NCBI GenBank assembly: GCA_001600815.1
Contig: BCKZ01000008.1
Coordinates: 372,001 to 436,000, forward strand
Direction of reading: 5' to 3'
From: Alloascoidea hylecoeti
Lineage: Eukaryota
DNA: 64,000 nucleotides
The translations under genes and the position numbers were made by a program. How positions within the stretch are numbered: position 1 is the first letter of the stretch; the number at the start of each line of letters is the position of its first letter. The notes beneath the pieces are model-generated. The model did not search any database and had not been told where the DNA came from. It was given only the letters and a program-made list of their open reading frames with translations. Below, in pieces: positions 1-11,374 of the stretch.

Positions 1-991
1 CTAATTGTTGTTGTCTTGCTAGTTCAGCTTCACGTTCTTGTTGTAATCGAAGTTGCTCTGCTTCATATTGTTGTTGAGCTTGTTCGGTAGACCAAAAATC
101 CACAACGGGTGCAGGATCAGCAGCCGGTGCAGGTGAAGGAGTCACTTCACGAGAAGATTCTTCATTTTCTCGTCTTTTAGGTAAGCGTGGAGCATTACCA
201 TCATCATCCAAGAATAAATCTGGAGGATCAACAGTCAATCTTGGAATGGTGATGAGGGAAGTTAAATATCTTAAAGATTGACAATCGCTGTAAAAATTAA
301 ACAGTCTATGATGTTGAGAAGCATATCTTGTGCGTAATGGTTCCAAAGCATCATCAGAGCCTGTGACACTATGCATAGCTCGCAACATACTTGTGCAAAA
401 CTTGTAAATTCCATAACTTTCAGCAATCAATGGAGTCAAGGCGGATATTTTGCATTCACTAGCTTTTGTGTGAGTTATGCTGGCAAAGATTAACTTTTGG
501 AGGTCATCAATTGAATCTTGAAGAGACATTAAATCTAAAATAACTTCATATCCTTCATTGGGATCACTTGTAGATTTCAAACTAATGTATTCTTCATACT
601 CGAACATTCCATTAAAAGCAGGGTGAAGTTTGTGGAAATTCAACTTTTGGAGGAGGTATCTGTCGTATTCACGGATAAGCCTACCATAACCCTTAAAACC
701 ATCTCCATGAAAAACCCTTCCGAAAGACTCAATAAAACCAATATTTCTCTGGGCTTCAACCAATGCAGATGGATGGCCTTCTTGAAGAACTTTGTGAATC
801 ATGATTAGAGCCTTGAAGGCCTGGACTTCATCCCCTTGTACCGGTTGAATTTTCAGAGCATTCCATAGGGCTCTGGAGGTTTTGTGGTCCCAAGTATAAA
901 CAATGCAGTTACGGACATGTTTCCGCTTAGGGGCCGACTCTTCTTGACTGGTGGCCTTTTTGACGGCAACAGAAAGGTCTGTGCTGCTCAT
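1..991 (-). CDS. SLA2: Sla2/End4 endocytic adaptor (ANTH domain), 5' part; continues past the window start
   Basis: Not in the ORF track. Minus-strand translation from the ATG at 991 gives MSSTDLSVAVKKATSQEESAPKRKHVRNCIVYTWDHKTS...HKVLQEGHP...FEYEEYISLKSTSDPNEGYEVILDLMSLQD, which matches the Sla2 ANTH domain. Confidence 0.95.
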   Translation of the reverse strand, partial: MSSTDLSVAVKKATSQEESAPKRKHVRNCIVYTWDHKTSRALWNALKIQPVQGDEVQAFKALIMIHKVLQEGHPSALVEAQRNIGFIESFGRVFHGDGFKGYGRLIREYDRYLLQKLNFHKLHPAFNGMFEYEEYISLKSTSDPNEGYEVILDLMSLQDSIDDLQKLIFASITHTKASECKISALTPLIAESYGIYKFCTSMLRAMHSVTGSDDALEPLRTRYASQHHRLFNFYSDCQSLRYLTSLITIPRLTVDPPDLFLDDDGNAPRLPKRRENEESSREVTPSPAPAADPAPVVDFWSTEQAQQQYEAEQLRLQQEREAELARQQQL

Positions 992-1875
992 TTCTCTTAG
1001 TTTAAATTTAATAGGCTTTGGTGTCTGTTGGAGGAGTAGTAGAACCGAAGGCTATGAATCAGGCGTATGGGTGTCCCGGACGCATATGCACGTTAACCTT
1101 GGGTTAGCCTGTATATTTTAATTCTTAATGGTAAAACTACTTCCAAACAGCTTTTCGTAATGATATTCAGCTATTGGAAGTAGCTCATGGCAAGATCAAC
1201 GTTGAAGGTGAGACAAAAAAAGTGGCAAATTTTAAAGGATCATTATGCGACGATAAAATGCAACATGGTTTTGTTTTAAACTTCACTTTCTTGGTTTACA
1301 ATCCAGATCTGTTGTATTTACATGCAACTTAATCTCTTTTACAAACCTTTTTGATATAAACTCCAAATATATATAATATTACCAGCTTAATTTATTGAGT
1401 TTGACAGGAAATGGCCTTCTGATAGCGGAAAGGGCCTAGGCCTGATAAAGTACTATCCAGATCTGTTGAAATGACGTTTTTCAAAGCTTTCAATCTAGTT
1501 CTACTTTCAATTTCAAGGCAATCTATTCATGAACTTTATTTTGTCAGTAATGGTTGTACAAATGATTCATAAATTATTCAAATTTATATATATATATATT
1601 TAAAAATGGCATAAATATTCATAAGTATTTTATAACAAAAGAGAAACATGTATACTAAAAGATTTATAAATTTATAAAAAAAATAACGAAAAAAAAAAAA
1701 AAAAAAAAAATAACAAGAATATATTTAAATTTTAAACATTTCTTCTTTATAACGTACCACAATCATAACTTGACAAAGACATAATTAAGCGAAATAATAA
1801 AAATAATTTAACATAATTAACTAATCAGGAATTTATAACAAAAATAATAATAGTAGGAATAATTTTTTTTAATAA

Positions 1876-3792
1876 TTAAAGATGAAAATCTTTTAATGAT
1901 TCATCTATATCATTATCAATATTTAAATTTCCATCAATACTAGGAGTGATATTATTTATCGAATGAGCTCTGACAAAAGGAGTTTCACCTAAACCATATA
2001 AAACTCCAGGTGTTGTACCACTAAAAGTAGCTCTAACATGACTTGGAGCAGGTGATTCTAAACATGGTTGTTTCATTGAATCTTCATAATTTGGAGGAGA
2101 AAAAGCTTGAACATCTTTATAAGTTGGTGGTACTTCATCATCCCATGCTATACCTAAACCTGATCTTTCAGTTATTCTTAATTTAAATTGCATTCTTAAT
2201 ATTCTTGCAGCACCTGTTGGAATAGCAATTGTACCAGTATCTGAACTTGTAGAAACTGTGTTTTCACTGGTTCGTCTTGTAGATGAATATGATCTGACTG
2301 ATTGATTAGATGTTGAAGGTCCTAAATCACTAAATTGTCCACTAGAACTTGTTCTTTGTTTCCTAGTAGCATAACCAGGACTACCAACAAGTCCAACTTC
2401 TGCATGAATTTTTGTTTTGCTTTGTAAAACTTCTTCTGCTAATATAACTTCAATTATAAGAGCATGTTCAACTTCAATTCCAGATTCTTTATCATCAACA
2501 TCACAACAAACATTAGCAACACCAGGATGTAATTGTTGTTGATCAGGGTTTGAAGATGACGTTTGTGTATAATGTTTAATTAAACCAGATGATAAATTAA
2601 TTAATGAAATATCACCAACTACTTCAATTGATCCAGATCCTGAATAATCTGTTTTCCAACCAGTTTTAATATCTCCATGTGCTATTATTCTAGTTTCATC
2701 AATGTATATAGATTTATCAGGTTCTGTAATTACAGGTTCAAGATCAGGTACAGCAGATGTTGAAGTTGTGGTGGTAGAAGATGAAGTTAACGGTTGAATA
2801 TCTGTATCAAGAGGATGTATAAATGGACTTTGATTTGATGAAGGATATGAATATGCAGGAGAATCACTATTAGTACTACCCATGGCCATAATAGCAGATT
2901 GATTGGATTGAACAGCTGACAAACCATCAGTAGAAGCTCTTTTTTTACCACGACTACTCGTTTTCTTTTGCTTATGTTTATGGGCCCAATTGTTCTCTTC
3001 TAATGATTTTAATTTTTGTGAATGTTTAGGACAAGCATAAGATCTAATCTTAATAATTTCATCTATTCGCCATCCTAAGCGTCGTAATCGCCATCTTTTA
3101 TCATTATCAGCTATTCCATCGAATCGTAGTTCCAAAGAAAAGGAACTTTTAGGGTATACAACAACAGGTAATGAGGCAGCTGCGGTAACATTAGTAGGAG
3201 GAAAAACACGCAAACTTGATCTTTCTGGACCCTTTAAAATTGATCTAGAAACGATTAAAGGTAAGCTTGTTTTGATTGGATTTGAAGATCCAGTTGATGA
3301 ACAATAAGCTACGGCATTTAAAGAGTAATGTATGCCCGCCCCAGAAGTGCTTAAAGAGCAAGTAGGAGGTAGGGAACCTGGTAACAGATGTGAGAAGGGG
3401 TATGCATGATCACCACGAGGGAAAACCGCAGGATTGCTTAAAACGTCCCATCTCGCCAATTCTGTAATCTTCTCGCGACACTTCGCACAAGAAGCAATGG
3501 ATGAGATGGGAGGCATTAGAGGTTTTCTATATTGTATCGTTTGGGTCAGGGATAACTGTACGGCTGTTATTTCAAAATCATTCTGTTGTGAAGTAGATTC
3601 TGGGATTTGAAGTCTTAACAGCCCAGAAATGAGTGCACCAGAAGAATCAGCTGGTAAGCCGTATAACACTATAGGCGGACTTTCAATCTCGATTTTCAAC
3701 GTTAGAAGCTCGTGGCCATCTCCCTGGCCATGGGTTTGAGTGTTTTGGATCTTTGCTATTGTACTTAAACGTCGACGGCTTAACAAGGGCAT
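1876..3792 (-). CDS. LDB19: Alpha-arrestin, Rsp5 adaptor Ldb19/Art1
   Basis: Motifs IEIESPPIVLYG..SSGALISG, HAYPFSHLLPGSLPP, RVFPPT, WRLRRLGWRIDE and TGAARILRMQF..TERSGLGIAWDDEVPPTY, plus a PPNY PY-motif. The likely start is MPLL (ATG at 3792); the ORF extends to 3873. Confidence 0.9.
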   Translation of the reverse strand: MPLLSRRRLSTIAKIQNTQTHGQGDGHELLTLKIEIESPPIVLYGLPADSSGALISGLLRLQIPESTSQQNDFEITAVQLSLTQTIQYRKPLMPPISSIASCAKCREKITELARWDVLSNPAVFPRGDHAYPFSHLLPGSLPPTCSLSTSGAGIHYSLNAVAYCSSTGSSNPIKTSLPLIVSRSILKGPERSSLRVFPPTNVTAAASLPVVVYPKSSFSLELRFDGIADNDKRWRLRRLGWRIDEIIKIRSYACPKHSQKLKSLEENNWAHKHKQKKTSSRGKKRASTDGLSAVQSNQSAIMAMGSTNSDSPAYSYPSSNQSPFIHPLDTDIQPLTSSSTTTTSTSAVPDLEPVITEPDKSIYIDETRIIAHGDIKTGWKTDYSGSGSIEVVGDISLINLSSGLIKHYTQTSSSNPDQQQLHPGVANVCCDVDDKESGIEVEHALIIEVILAEEVLQSKTKIHAEVGLVGSPGYATRKQRTSSSGQFSDLGPSTSNQSVRSYSSTRRTSENTVSTSSDTGTIAIPTGAARILRMQFKLRITERSGLGIAWDDEVPPTYKDVQAFSPPNYEDSMKQPCLESPAPSHVRATFSGTTPGVLYGLGETPFVRAHSINNITPSIDGNLNIDNDIDESLKDFHL

Positions 3793-3984
3793 CTCCAGAT
3801 AAAAAACTTGGTATATTCTTTTTGCCCACCCAAATTTTAAATTTTTAGTGTACGATGCACCATGCATAAACATACCATATCACGCTTCGAGAGCACTTTT
3901 GATGCATGGGTGTCCTGCTAGCGTATAAAAGGCCAAGAATGTACGGTATCTATCACAACTACGTACTGTACCTGTACTTTGGAA

Positions 3985-5235
3985 ATGCCAGAAGAAACAG
4001 TCGTTCCGGACGCGAGAGATCCTACAAATGTCCTTCATAAAAGATTGGACTCTTGGACTTCTGCCTTGAATATTCTCTATGCCTATGTTGAGTCATTAGT
4101 TCAATTACAACAAAATGTTTCAAAATCGTTGGAGAAAGTTAAAAAGACGATCGCTGATAGTCCTGGTTTCGATTCAACAGCAGATTCTTCAAATCCTCAG
4201 ACAACAGGCGGCATCGATGGTGCTTTCAAACTACTCAGGGGCCGGACCGATGTTGCCATAAATAAATCAACTACCACTGAAAATAGTTTAAAAAAAAACA
4301 TCCTTCCGGAATTAAAGAAATTAATCATTGAAGTTGATAAACAAAGGAAAGCTCTTGTTAAATCTGTTGTTAAAATCGGTAAAGACGTTGATCTTGCACA
4401 AGCAGTAACCCAAAGAGATATTGAAAGGTTGGGATCATCAGCAGCTGGATTTGCAACCAGTACAAAAGTTGAACCAAGAACTGATCCTTATATTGCTCAT
4501 AGATTAGTTATTCATGATATTAGCGACCAAGTTGAAAAAGAAAATAATCAAATTGATGCAATTTTATTGGCTGAACAAAACTTTTTAACAATGGAAAGAC
4601 ATCTTGTTTCTACAGTCCAAACATTATTTTCTTCATTAGCTCAAGCTGAAGTTGATTATTTTTCTGCTCAAATTGAATCATTTCCTGCTATTGCTAATAG
4701 TTTTAAATCTATACCTGAAGATTATGAATGGCAAGCCTTTTGTCGTGTACATCAAGATATTTTGATTAAGCCAGATCATCCAAAAAGAAAAGCTGAAAAC
4801 ATTACTTTTAGTAATCAATCTCATGGATCAGTTGAACCTTTAATTGAAGGTGTTTTACAACGTAAAGAAGGAACTTTAATGAAAAAGTATGAAAGTAGTT
4901 ATTTTGTTGTTACAAAATGTCGTTATTTACATCAATTTCAATCACAAGATAATTCAAGGCATTATGATCCAGAAATGTCAATATATTTACCTGATGCAAA
5001 TATTGGTACACCAGGTACTCAAGAATCTGGAAAATATAAATTAAAAATTATTGCAAAAGATTCTTTAAAAACTTTAAAAAAGAAACATACATTTAGTTTT
5101 AAAGCAAGTACTTATGATGAATTAATGAAATGGTATGATGCTATAAAAGAAGCAAGTGGAATTGATCAAAATGGCGCTACTTTTGAAAGAACAAATACAG
5201 GAGCAACAACTAAAACCGCTGGTTCTGAAGCATAA
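3985..5235 (+). CDS. BAR-like plus PH domain protein, Slm1/Slm2-like
   Basis: Helical N-terminus (DPTNVLHKRLDSW...DPY...EW..F) followed by a PH domain (IEGVLQRK..MKKYESSYFVVT..YLHQF...PEMSIYL...FKA...LMKWY). ATG at 3985. Confidence 0.8.
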   Translation: MPEETVVPDARDPTNVLHKRLDSWTSALNILYAYVESLVQLQQNVSKSLEKVKKTIADSPGFDSTADSSNPQTTGGIDGAFKLLRGRTDVAINKSTTTENSLKKNILPELKKLIIEVDKQRKALVKSVVKIGKDVDLAQAVTQRDIERLGSSAAGFATSTKVEPRTDPYIAHRLVIHDISDQVEKENNQIDAILLAEQNFLTMERHLVSTVQTLFSSLAQAEVDYFSAQIESFPAIANSFKSIPEDYEWQAFCRVHQDILIKPDHPKRKAENITFSNQSHGSVEPLIEGVLQRKEGTLMKKYESSYFVVTKCRYLHQFQSQDNSRHYDPEMSIYLPDANIGTPGTQESGKYKLKIIAKDSLKTLKKKHTFSFKASTYDELMKWYDAIKEASGIDQNGATFERTNTGATTKTAGSEA

Positions 5236-5929
5236 TTAAATCAGTCTTTTTCAAGAGATTGATCTTATATTGATGAAGTTTAAACTACAACTCTTAAAGA
5301 AACTTAATTTTCATCTTCTTTCTTTACATTGATAGTATATTTCCTTTTATTTTTATCAGAAAAATTATTATTGTTGAATATTACGAAGAAAATTTACATT
5401 CATTCAATACACATAAAAGTTGTTTTTATTTATTTTATATTTCTCGTTATTAGTTTCATTTCTAGTATTTTTATAAATATATAAATTGGTACGATCTCAC
5501 CATATAATAATTAATCTTTTTTATTTTTCATTTTTCATTTTTCTTGTTAGTTTCATTTCTATTTTTGTTGATATATAATTAGTAGCGATCTGAACATCTA
5601 AATTTATATAACTTTATGACCAATATCATTATTGAAGCTTTTGTTTACTTTTTTCTAATCAGTTAATTACCAATTGTAAACATTTATAAACAAACAATGG
5701 TTAGGTTCTTTCCCCTCTTTTCAAGAAATATTAGCCAATTATTACATGACGCAATATTATTATTTACATTTGACCAATAATTACAGTCAAACAAAATTAA
5801 AAACATAAATTTAAAAAACCTGGGTTAAACTTACGCTCTTTTCGGGAACCACTACTACAACTTAGTACAAAGGCCCACCGCCCTGAGAACATGAATATGG
5901 AACACTTCCGGCACGTTAAACATTTTTTC

Positions 5930-6200
5930 TGGATGATATGGATCAAATGAACAGCAAGATATGGTCTAAAGATAGTGTGGAGAGTACAAGACGTTTGGGA
6001 TGCACGGGATCCAGAAGAGTAGATAGATGCATGATTACAGTCAGGCCATATGATAGGGCCTTTGAACTTCAATATTCTTATTACAGATAAATATAAGGAA
6101 ATTTGGGTGGGTCTGTTTGAAATTCGTAAAGATATCGATGGTCATATTAAGCTGTATAACAATACTCCATGGCTCGTTTGGCGCTAACACTAAATCCTTT
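5930..6200 (-). mobile_element. Possible degraded Ty3/gypsy integrase C-terminus (GPY/F module)
   Basis: The minus frame reads KFKGP...SSGSRASQTSCTLHTIFRPY, loosely resembling the gypsy pattern KFxGPY...LPxxxRxHPxFHVSxLRPY. It lies beside the LTR-like element at 6305. Confidence 0.35.
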
Positions 6201-6304
6201 TGTAGATTAATAGAATCTCTAGAGTTTACAGAACATTGTGCGCTATTTTAAGAAAAGTTTACGTATTAAATAACTGGATGTAAGGTCTTAGAGTGGTTCA
6301 GGAC

Positions 6305-6610
6305 TGTTATGTGGAGTATACCCTATACGGGCGCGGATAGAGAAAGATATATGCATGCCCACAGACTTTAGTACAGACTATACTCTACTACAGAGGGTGG
6401 TGAACTCATATCAATTATTTAGCGATAAGGAATCCTCCTTCCTCATTCTCTTTAAGATTCAAGATCTCTGGTTTCAACTCTACCGTCTTTCCTTAGTTAG
6501 TATGGCCCTTGTCTTCGTCACCTTATTCTTAAGCTTTATCTTCGCGCTTTGCAGTCTAGATATCTAAGAAGAACACCATCACCAGAAGACACCTACTTTG
6601 TATCCACATT
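6305..6610. mobile_element. Solo-LTR-like (or MITE-like) element of about 305 bp with short terminal inverted repeats
   Basis: Starts TGTTATGTGGA and ends TATCCACAT (ATGTGGA/TCCACAT inverted). Both ends and the internal block AGTCTAGATATCT (6553-6565) recur in the same order at 51316-51380. Confidence 0.55.
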
Positions 6611-7688
6611 CGATAGTTACAATGCAACGTTGTTTCACTCTTTCTTTTTTTTGACCTTAAATATAATTTCCAATTAAAGCTTCTAACTACTCCGTAAAAA
6701 CTGTGTGTCTAATACCTCAGAGAAAAAACTTTACAACTTCATATTTAAATCTTTTTGATCACAATACAGAATACTTCGGTTACGGCCATTGTAGGTACCT
6801 TTTTAACTAGTGGTTTTTTGATCTTATCCTTTTATTTCTTATTTGTATTTAAAGGCATATCTCTTATATTAGAAATTCCTCTATCCTTAGGATTAGTGCT
6901 TGTCTGGAGAATAAGAAGTGTGGAGATGAATGATATACCTGTACATAGAAAATGGTAATGTTATCAGAAGAATTTTAAGTTAAATAAGAACAAAGAAGAG
7001 TATGTAAACACCTATCTTAAATTTGCTTAAAAGTGATTTCCTCGAAAGTCTTCTGTTAACTCATGGAGATTCGGCACACGTAGATTAAAATATATTCTCA
7101 ACCCTAAAAGGTTTGGATTCGTTACGTCACAACATCCTGATTTATTTATCTGTTATCTACCTGTTATCCTAGCATTCAGTCCCAGTTTTCACTACTTTTC
7201 CCAATCGATTCCGACTTAACTTCGACTATGTGACTTATAACTTTTCTATGTATGTATACTGTTACATTTTCTTCCCTATTCTTCTCTTAATCTTTTTATT
7301 TTTGGCTCTATTATATTTTCTAACTTTTAAAACTATAGTCTATAGTACTCTTTATATCCTCTCAAGGAAAATAAATTTCCCTGAGAAGCTTGGCTCTAGC
7401 AATCTATTTCATTCTGGTATCCGGTTCTGAGGACTTAAACATTTAAAAATATGCATACAACAATATAAATGTGCCATTGAAGTTGTAAAGTTATGATTAA
7501 TTAAGTTTGTGGACTTCTAATCCAAGATAAGATCAATACACTTTTACTAACTATTAATTATAAGTTATGGCATTTGAATTTATACCGATAATCATTTTTG
7601 GCTATAAATTATTTAATATAAAGTACGGTTAAAACCCGCTCTTTGTCGTTGCTTTTACCTTTTGTTCTTAGAAATTTTAACAATTAAG

Positions 7689-8937
7689 ATGAAACTTCAA
7701 TTCAATTTCCCAATATTTAATTTAATATCAATTGCATCTTTGGGATTGGTTCTAGCTATTGTTGCAGAAGTGGTTAATAATGTTCTGGGTGCACATCAGC
7801 TTGAATTCAGACTTGAACTTAGATCAGAAGATATTATACATGTAACTACAACTGCAAATGAATCAAGAGCGCTAGCTGGTTCGAATTCTGGAGGTGTTTA
7901 TGGGAAACTTACTCTTTCTCAGGGTAATGTATAGTATGGTATTTACATTGAAGTTGGAAATCCTCCTCAAAAGATTACCGTTAATGTCAATACTGGCTCC
8001 TCTGATTTATGGGTTCCTTCTAAAGGAGCCGGAATTGCTAACAACTCATGTGCAGGTGCTTTTGATAAATCGTTATCCAGTACTTATGGACATATTTCAG
8101 ATCATTTTTGTCTAATTTATAATGATAACGCTCTTGTACAAGGCGAGTGGTTTAAGGATGATGTATCCATTACTGGACAAACAGTTAAAGGGTTTACCAT
8201 GGGATTATCAAAAAATCACACTTATAAATATGGGATTTTTGGTCTTGGGTTTGATGGTATTTTTGCTGGCCTGGGAAGTTATGAAATTGGTGGCTCCGTC
8301 AACTATCCACATGCTTTAGTTAACTTTGGAATTACAAAATCTAGTGCTTTTTCTCTTTTTTTTTTGAACTCTACTAATTCATCCACAGGGAATATTATCT
8401 TTGGGGGAGTTATATACTGGTAATTTATACACTCTCCCGTTAACAATACTTCCACCACCATTTTTGACTACCCTGATAGACAGTTTGAGTCTTGAAGGGA
8501 AAACTACTCCAGTTAAAAAATCCTTCATTTTAGATTCTGCTTCTGGTTATACTTATCTACCACTTCCTGCTTTGTTGCCAATATTTGAATCTCTTGGAAT
8601 AAACCACACTCCTGGGACGTTTTTGAAAACCGATTGCACTTTAGCAAATGATCAAAGAGTTATTGAATTTAAACTGTGCTACTATCAATATCAAAATTTC
8701 GGACCTCCTGTGGATTTAATTTTGAATGGACTTCAGTCATATGATGTAAGCAAGGGAGTATATACTCTAGGTGATTCCTTTTTAAGATCAGTCTATCTTG
8801 TTTATGATGTACACAACCTACAGGTTTTAATTGCTCAGTCTAATCATTTAGCAGTTGCAACTGATTCCAATATTCGGGTTATTCCTTCAGGAAAAGGTGT
8901 AATTCCTGGAGCCATGAAATGTCCCTCTAGTTTTTAA
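7689..8937 (+). pseudogene. Secreted aspartic protease (SAP/yapsin-like, peptidase A1) pseudogene
   Basis: Signal peptide from the ATG at 7689, then an in-frame TAG at 7932-7934. The same frame continues YGIYIEVGNPPQKITVNVNTGSSDLWV (catalytic D replaced by N), GIFGLGF, AFSLFFLNS..GNIIFGGV. After a frameshift near 8410 it reads YTGNLYTLP..ILDSASGYTYLP..LGDSFLRSVYLVYD. Confidence 0.9.
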
Positions 8938-9153
8938 TTTAATTTAAAATATACCGGTATATACCGGTAACATTTAACTATGTATAAAAGCGAAAAAAAA
9001 TAAAAATATATAGCCATTATTAAATTAATTTTGAATTTTCTTTCATATCATTAGCAATTATAAATCTATAAGATTATTTCTGTCATTAATATTTTACCAG
9101 TCGGTCATAGTACAATTAATATTTTTTTATCTATTTACTTTCTTTAATTGATT

Positions 9154-11183
9154 TTACTCTTCCTCTTCTTCTTCTCCTTCTTCATCATAACCTTCCTTGA
9201 ATGTGAAATTTTCCATTGAAATATGAGCTTCAGTGAAAATATCATTGTATTCAAGTTTAGTTTCTAATTTTTCTGCAAGTAAATGAATAGAATTAATTGA
9301 TTTAAAATCGATTAATTCAATACCTAATTCAATATCTGTATAAGGTTCATCGGCAACTAACATTGCAGTCTCATCTTTGTCTTCCCTTTTATCTTCGGCT
9401 TCAGCTTTATCTTTGGCCCCATCTTTGTCTTCAACTTTTTCAGAATCATCTACCTTTTCAATTTCAGCCACGATATTTGTACTAGAAGCTTCAACATTGG
9501 CGTCATTAGTTTCATTTGGAATATTATCTGAAACTGCTGAGAGGACAGTATTTGGTTCGGTTTTACTATCAGTGCTTGGGTGATAATCAGTAGGAATTGG
9601 TTCTAAGTTTGAAGTAATTGTATCTGTAGATATATCAGTAGTAACCGAGCCTTCAGTAGGTTCATTTAGAGTCGCACTTATTGGCAGAGTAGGTACACAA
9701 TCTATCATTTCTTCATCAATATGTTCTTGCGAATTGGCTTCATAATTAACCGGTACCTCCTCTATATCTGTTGACATATCATTTTCTGCATTTTCTTCAC
9801 CTTCTTCATTTTCTTCGTTTTCTTTAACTGGAGGCATATATGGTTCGGCCAATTTAACTTTCAATCTATCATCCTGTTTTTCTAACAAAATACCAATCAC
9901 ATTTTGCATAACTGGTTGGACTAATTCTTCATTAAAATGTAATCTATTAAAAACAATTACATTACCAGGTTCTAGATCCTTAAAATTCAATTTTTTTAAA
10001 GCATTCAAATCATAAGATTCTAAAGTAGGATCAAAATCAACCCAATCTTCATCATCTTCTTCTAGAACAACTTGAACTTCTCTATCACCACAAATGATTG
10101 CCCATGGTGCATCTGGTAAATTAAAATCATCATAATTATTACCACATTCTACCTGTTCAAATACAAGTTTTTTCAACCATTTCCCATCATCATCATCTGC
10201 AATTACAGGTAAGTTTGATTCATCAATCGGTATAGGACGAGGACCATAAAAAATAGATAATTGATTTTGACGTTGACTATGATGATTTTGAAGATGTTTC
10301 TTCTTGCGAAGATTTCGTTTTTGGGATTTGGTTAAAGGAGCTTTTACTACTTTTTCACTTTCTGAACCTGAATCTGAATCTGAATCTGAATCTGAATCTG
10401 AATCTGAATCTGAATCCGTATCAGAGTCAATGTTAGTTGAAACCGAAGTAGAGTGGGGCCTATTGTTCAAAGAACGAGAATCTGGTGAAGATTCGGAGGA
10501 GCTTGCTCGCCGTTTTCTCGCACCATCTGAATTATCTTGAGGTTCAACGGACCTTGAAACATCATTTGTGACTGTTAATTGACTTGAGCTTTCTATATCC
10601 ATTGCATCTGTTGAATCTCTAGTACCAGAAACTCCTCTCCCCAATACAATTCTCTCTGGTAAAGGAATACGAAGACCAGTTAAAGTCTCCGAGATACTCT
10701 GTGATGAGTTGGGGGGTTCACGGAGAGCACTAGTACCAGACCTTGAGCTAACTACCGAACCAGCGACACTATATTCTGACACATCAACCGATGCTATGAG
10801 ATCTGAAGGAATGAAAGAAGATGAAGCTTCCTTCTCAACTGGCACAAGCCTAAAAGTAATCGAAGGTTAGGTTCACATTATAAACAAGCTTCATGAGGAA
10901 AATAAAATAGGGGAGTTTCAAAATTTTCTTACACAACAGTATCACCTTCTTCAACAACATCATCAAACTGGTCATCATCTAATAGTTTAAACCTATCTAA
11001 TTGAGCTTCATAAGTTTTAGAACTATCAACTCCTGGAACTTTACTAAAGGAATTGATGAAAAATAAAACAACCTCAGAAACACTTTTAGACGAAATCTCT
11101 GGTTTCAAAGGTCTTCTGGCTCTGACCACTTCTCTATACTTGAGATTGGGGCCCTTGGTCTTTATGATAAGATTGATCTTCAT
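9154..11183 (-). CDS. Coilin/Mug174-like protein, two exons (11183-10933 and 10849-9154)
   Basis: An 83-nt intron joins the two track ORFs in frame (..EEGDTVV-LVPVEKE..). Architecture: N-terminal ubiquitin-like beta-grasp candidate, Ser/Asp-rich disordered region, basic KSQKRNLRKKK motif, and a Tudor-like segment DLEPGNVIVFNRLHFNEELVQPVMQNVIGILL with an acidic insertion. The gene model is well supported; the coilin call is inferred. Confidence 0.65.
10361..10415. repeat. (TCTGAA)n hexamer repeat encoding (DS)n
   Basis: Directly visible tandem repeat inside the coding sequence. Confidence 0.95.
10850..10932 (-). other. Spliceosomal intron (83 nt)
   Basis: On the minus strand it reads GTAAGA ... 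AACCTAAC (branch point) ... TTTTAG. Removing it deletes the exon-1 TAA and restores the reading frame. Confidence 0.85.
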
Positions 11184-11374
11184 TGACACGGTACCGGTGA
11201 AGCAGAATGGAGGTCGAAGAAGGAGAAAGAGGAGGAAGAGTAACCAGCTCTGTTGTGGATTGATCCTGCGATGCCTGTATCAGCAGATATTACCCGGCCT
11301 TTCATCCTCAGATATTAGGTTTTGTGTACGACCTTCTCCAATTTATATTCATATTTATATTCTTTTCTATTAAA
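11184..11374. promoter_or_regulatory. Compact 191-bp bidirectional promoter with a Reb1-type TTACCCG site
   Basis: Divergent ATGs at 11183 (-) and 11375 (+); TTACCCG at 11290-11296. Confidence 0.5.

Noticed and set aside
7870..7895. tRNA or B-box-like GGTTCGAAT (also GGTTCGAAA near 55484)
   Set aside because: No cloverleaf or A-box; the first lies within protease coding sequence.
7932..7934. Programmed stop readthrough or recoding in the protease gene
   Set aside because: Additional frameshifts and the loss of a catalytic Asp indicate a pseudogene.
9377..10540. Short plus-strand ORFs (9377, 10304) and similar nested or antisense ORFs throughout the track
   Set aside because: They are shadow frames of real genes or low-complexity repeats with no independent support.
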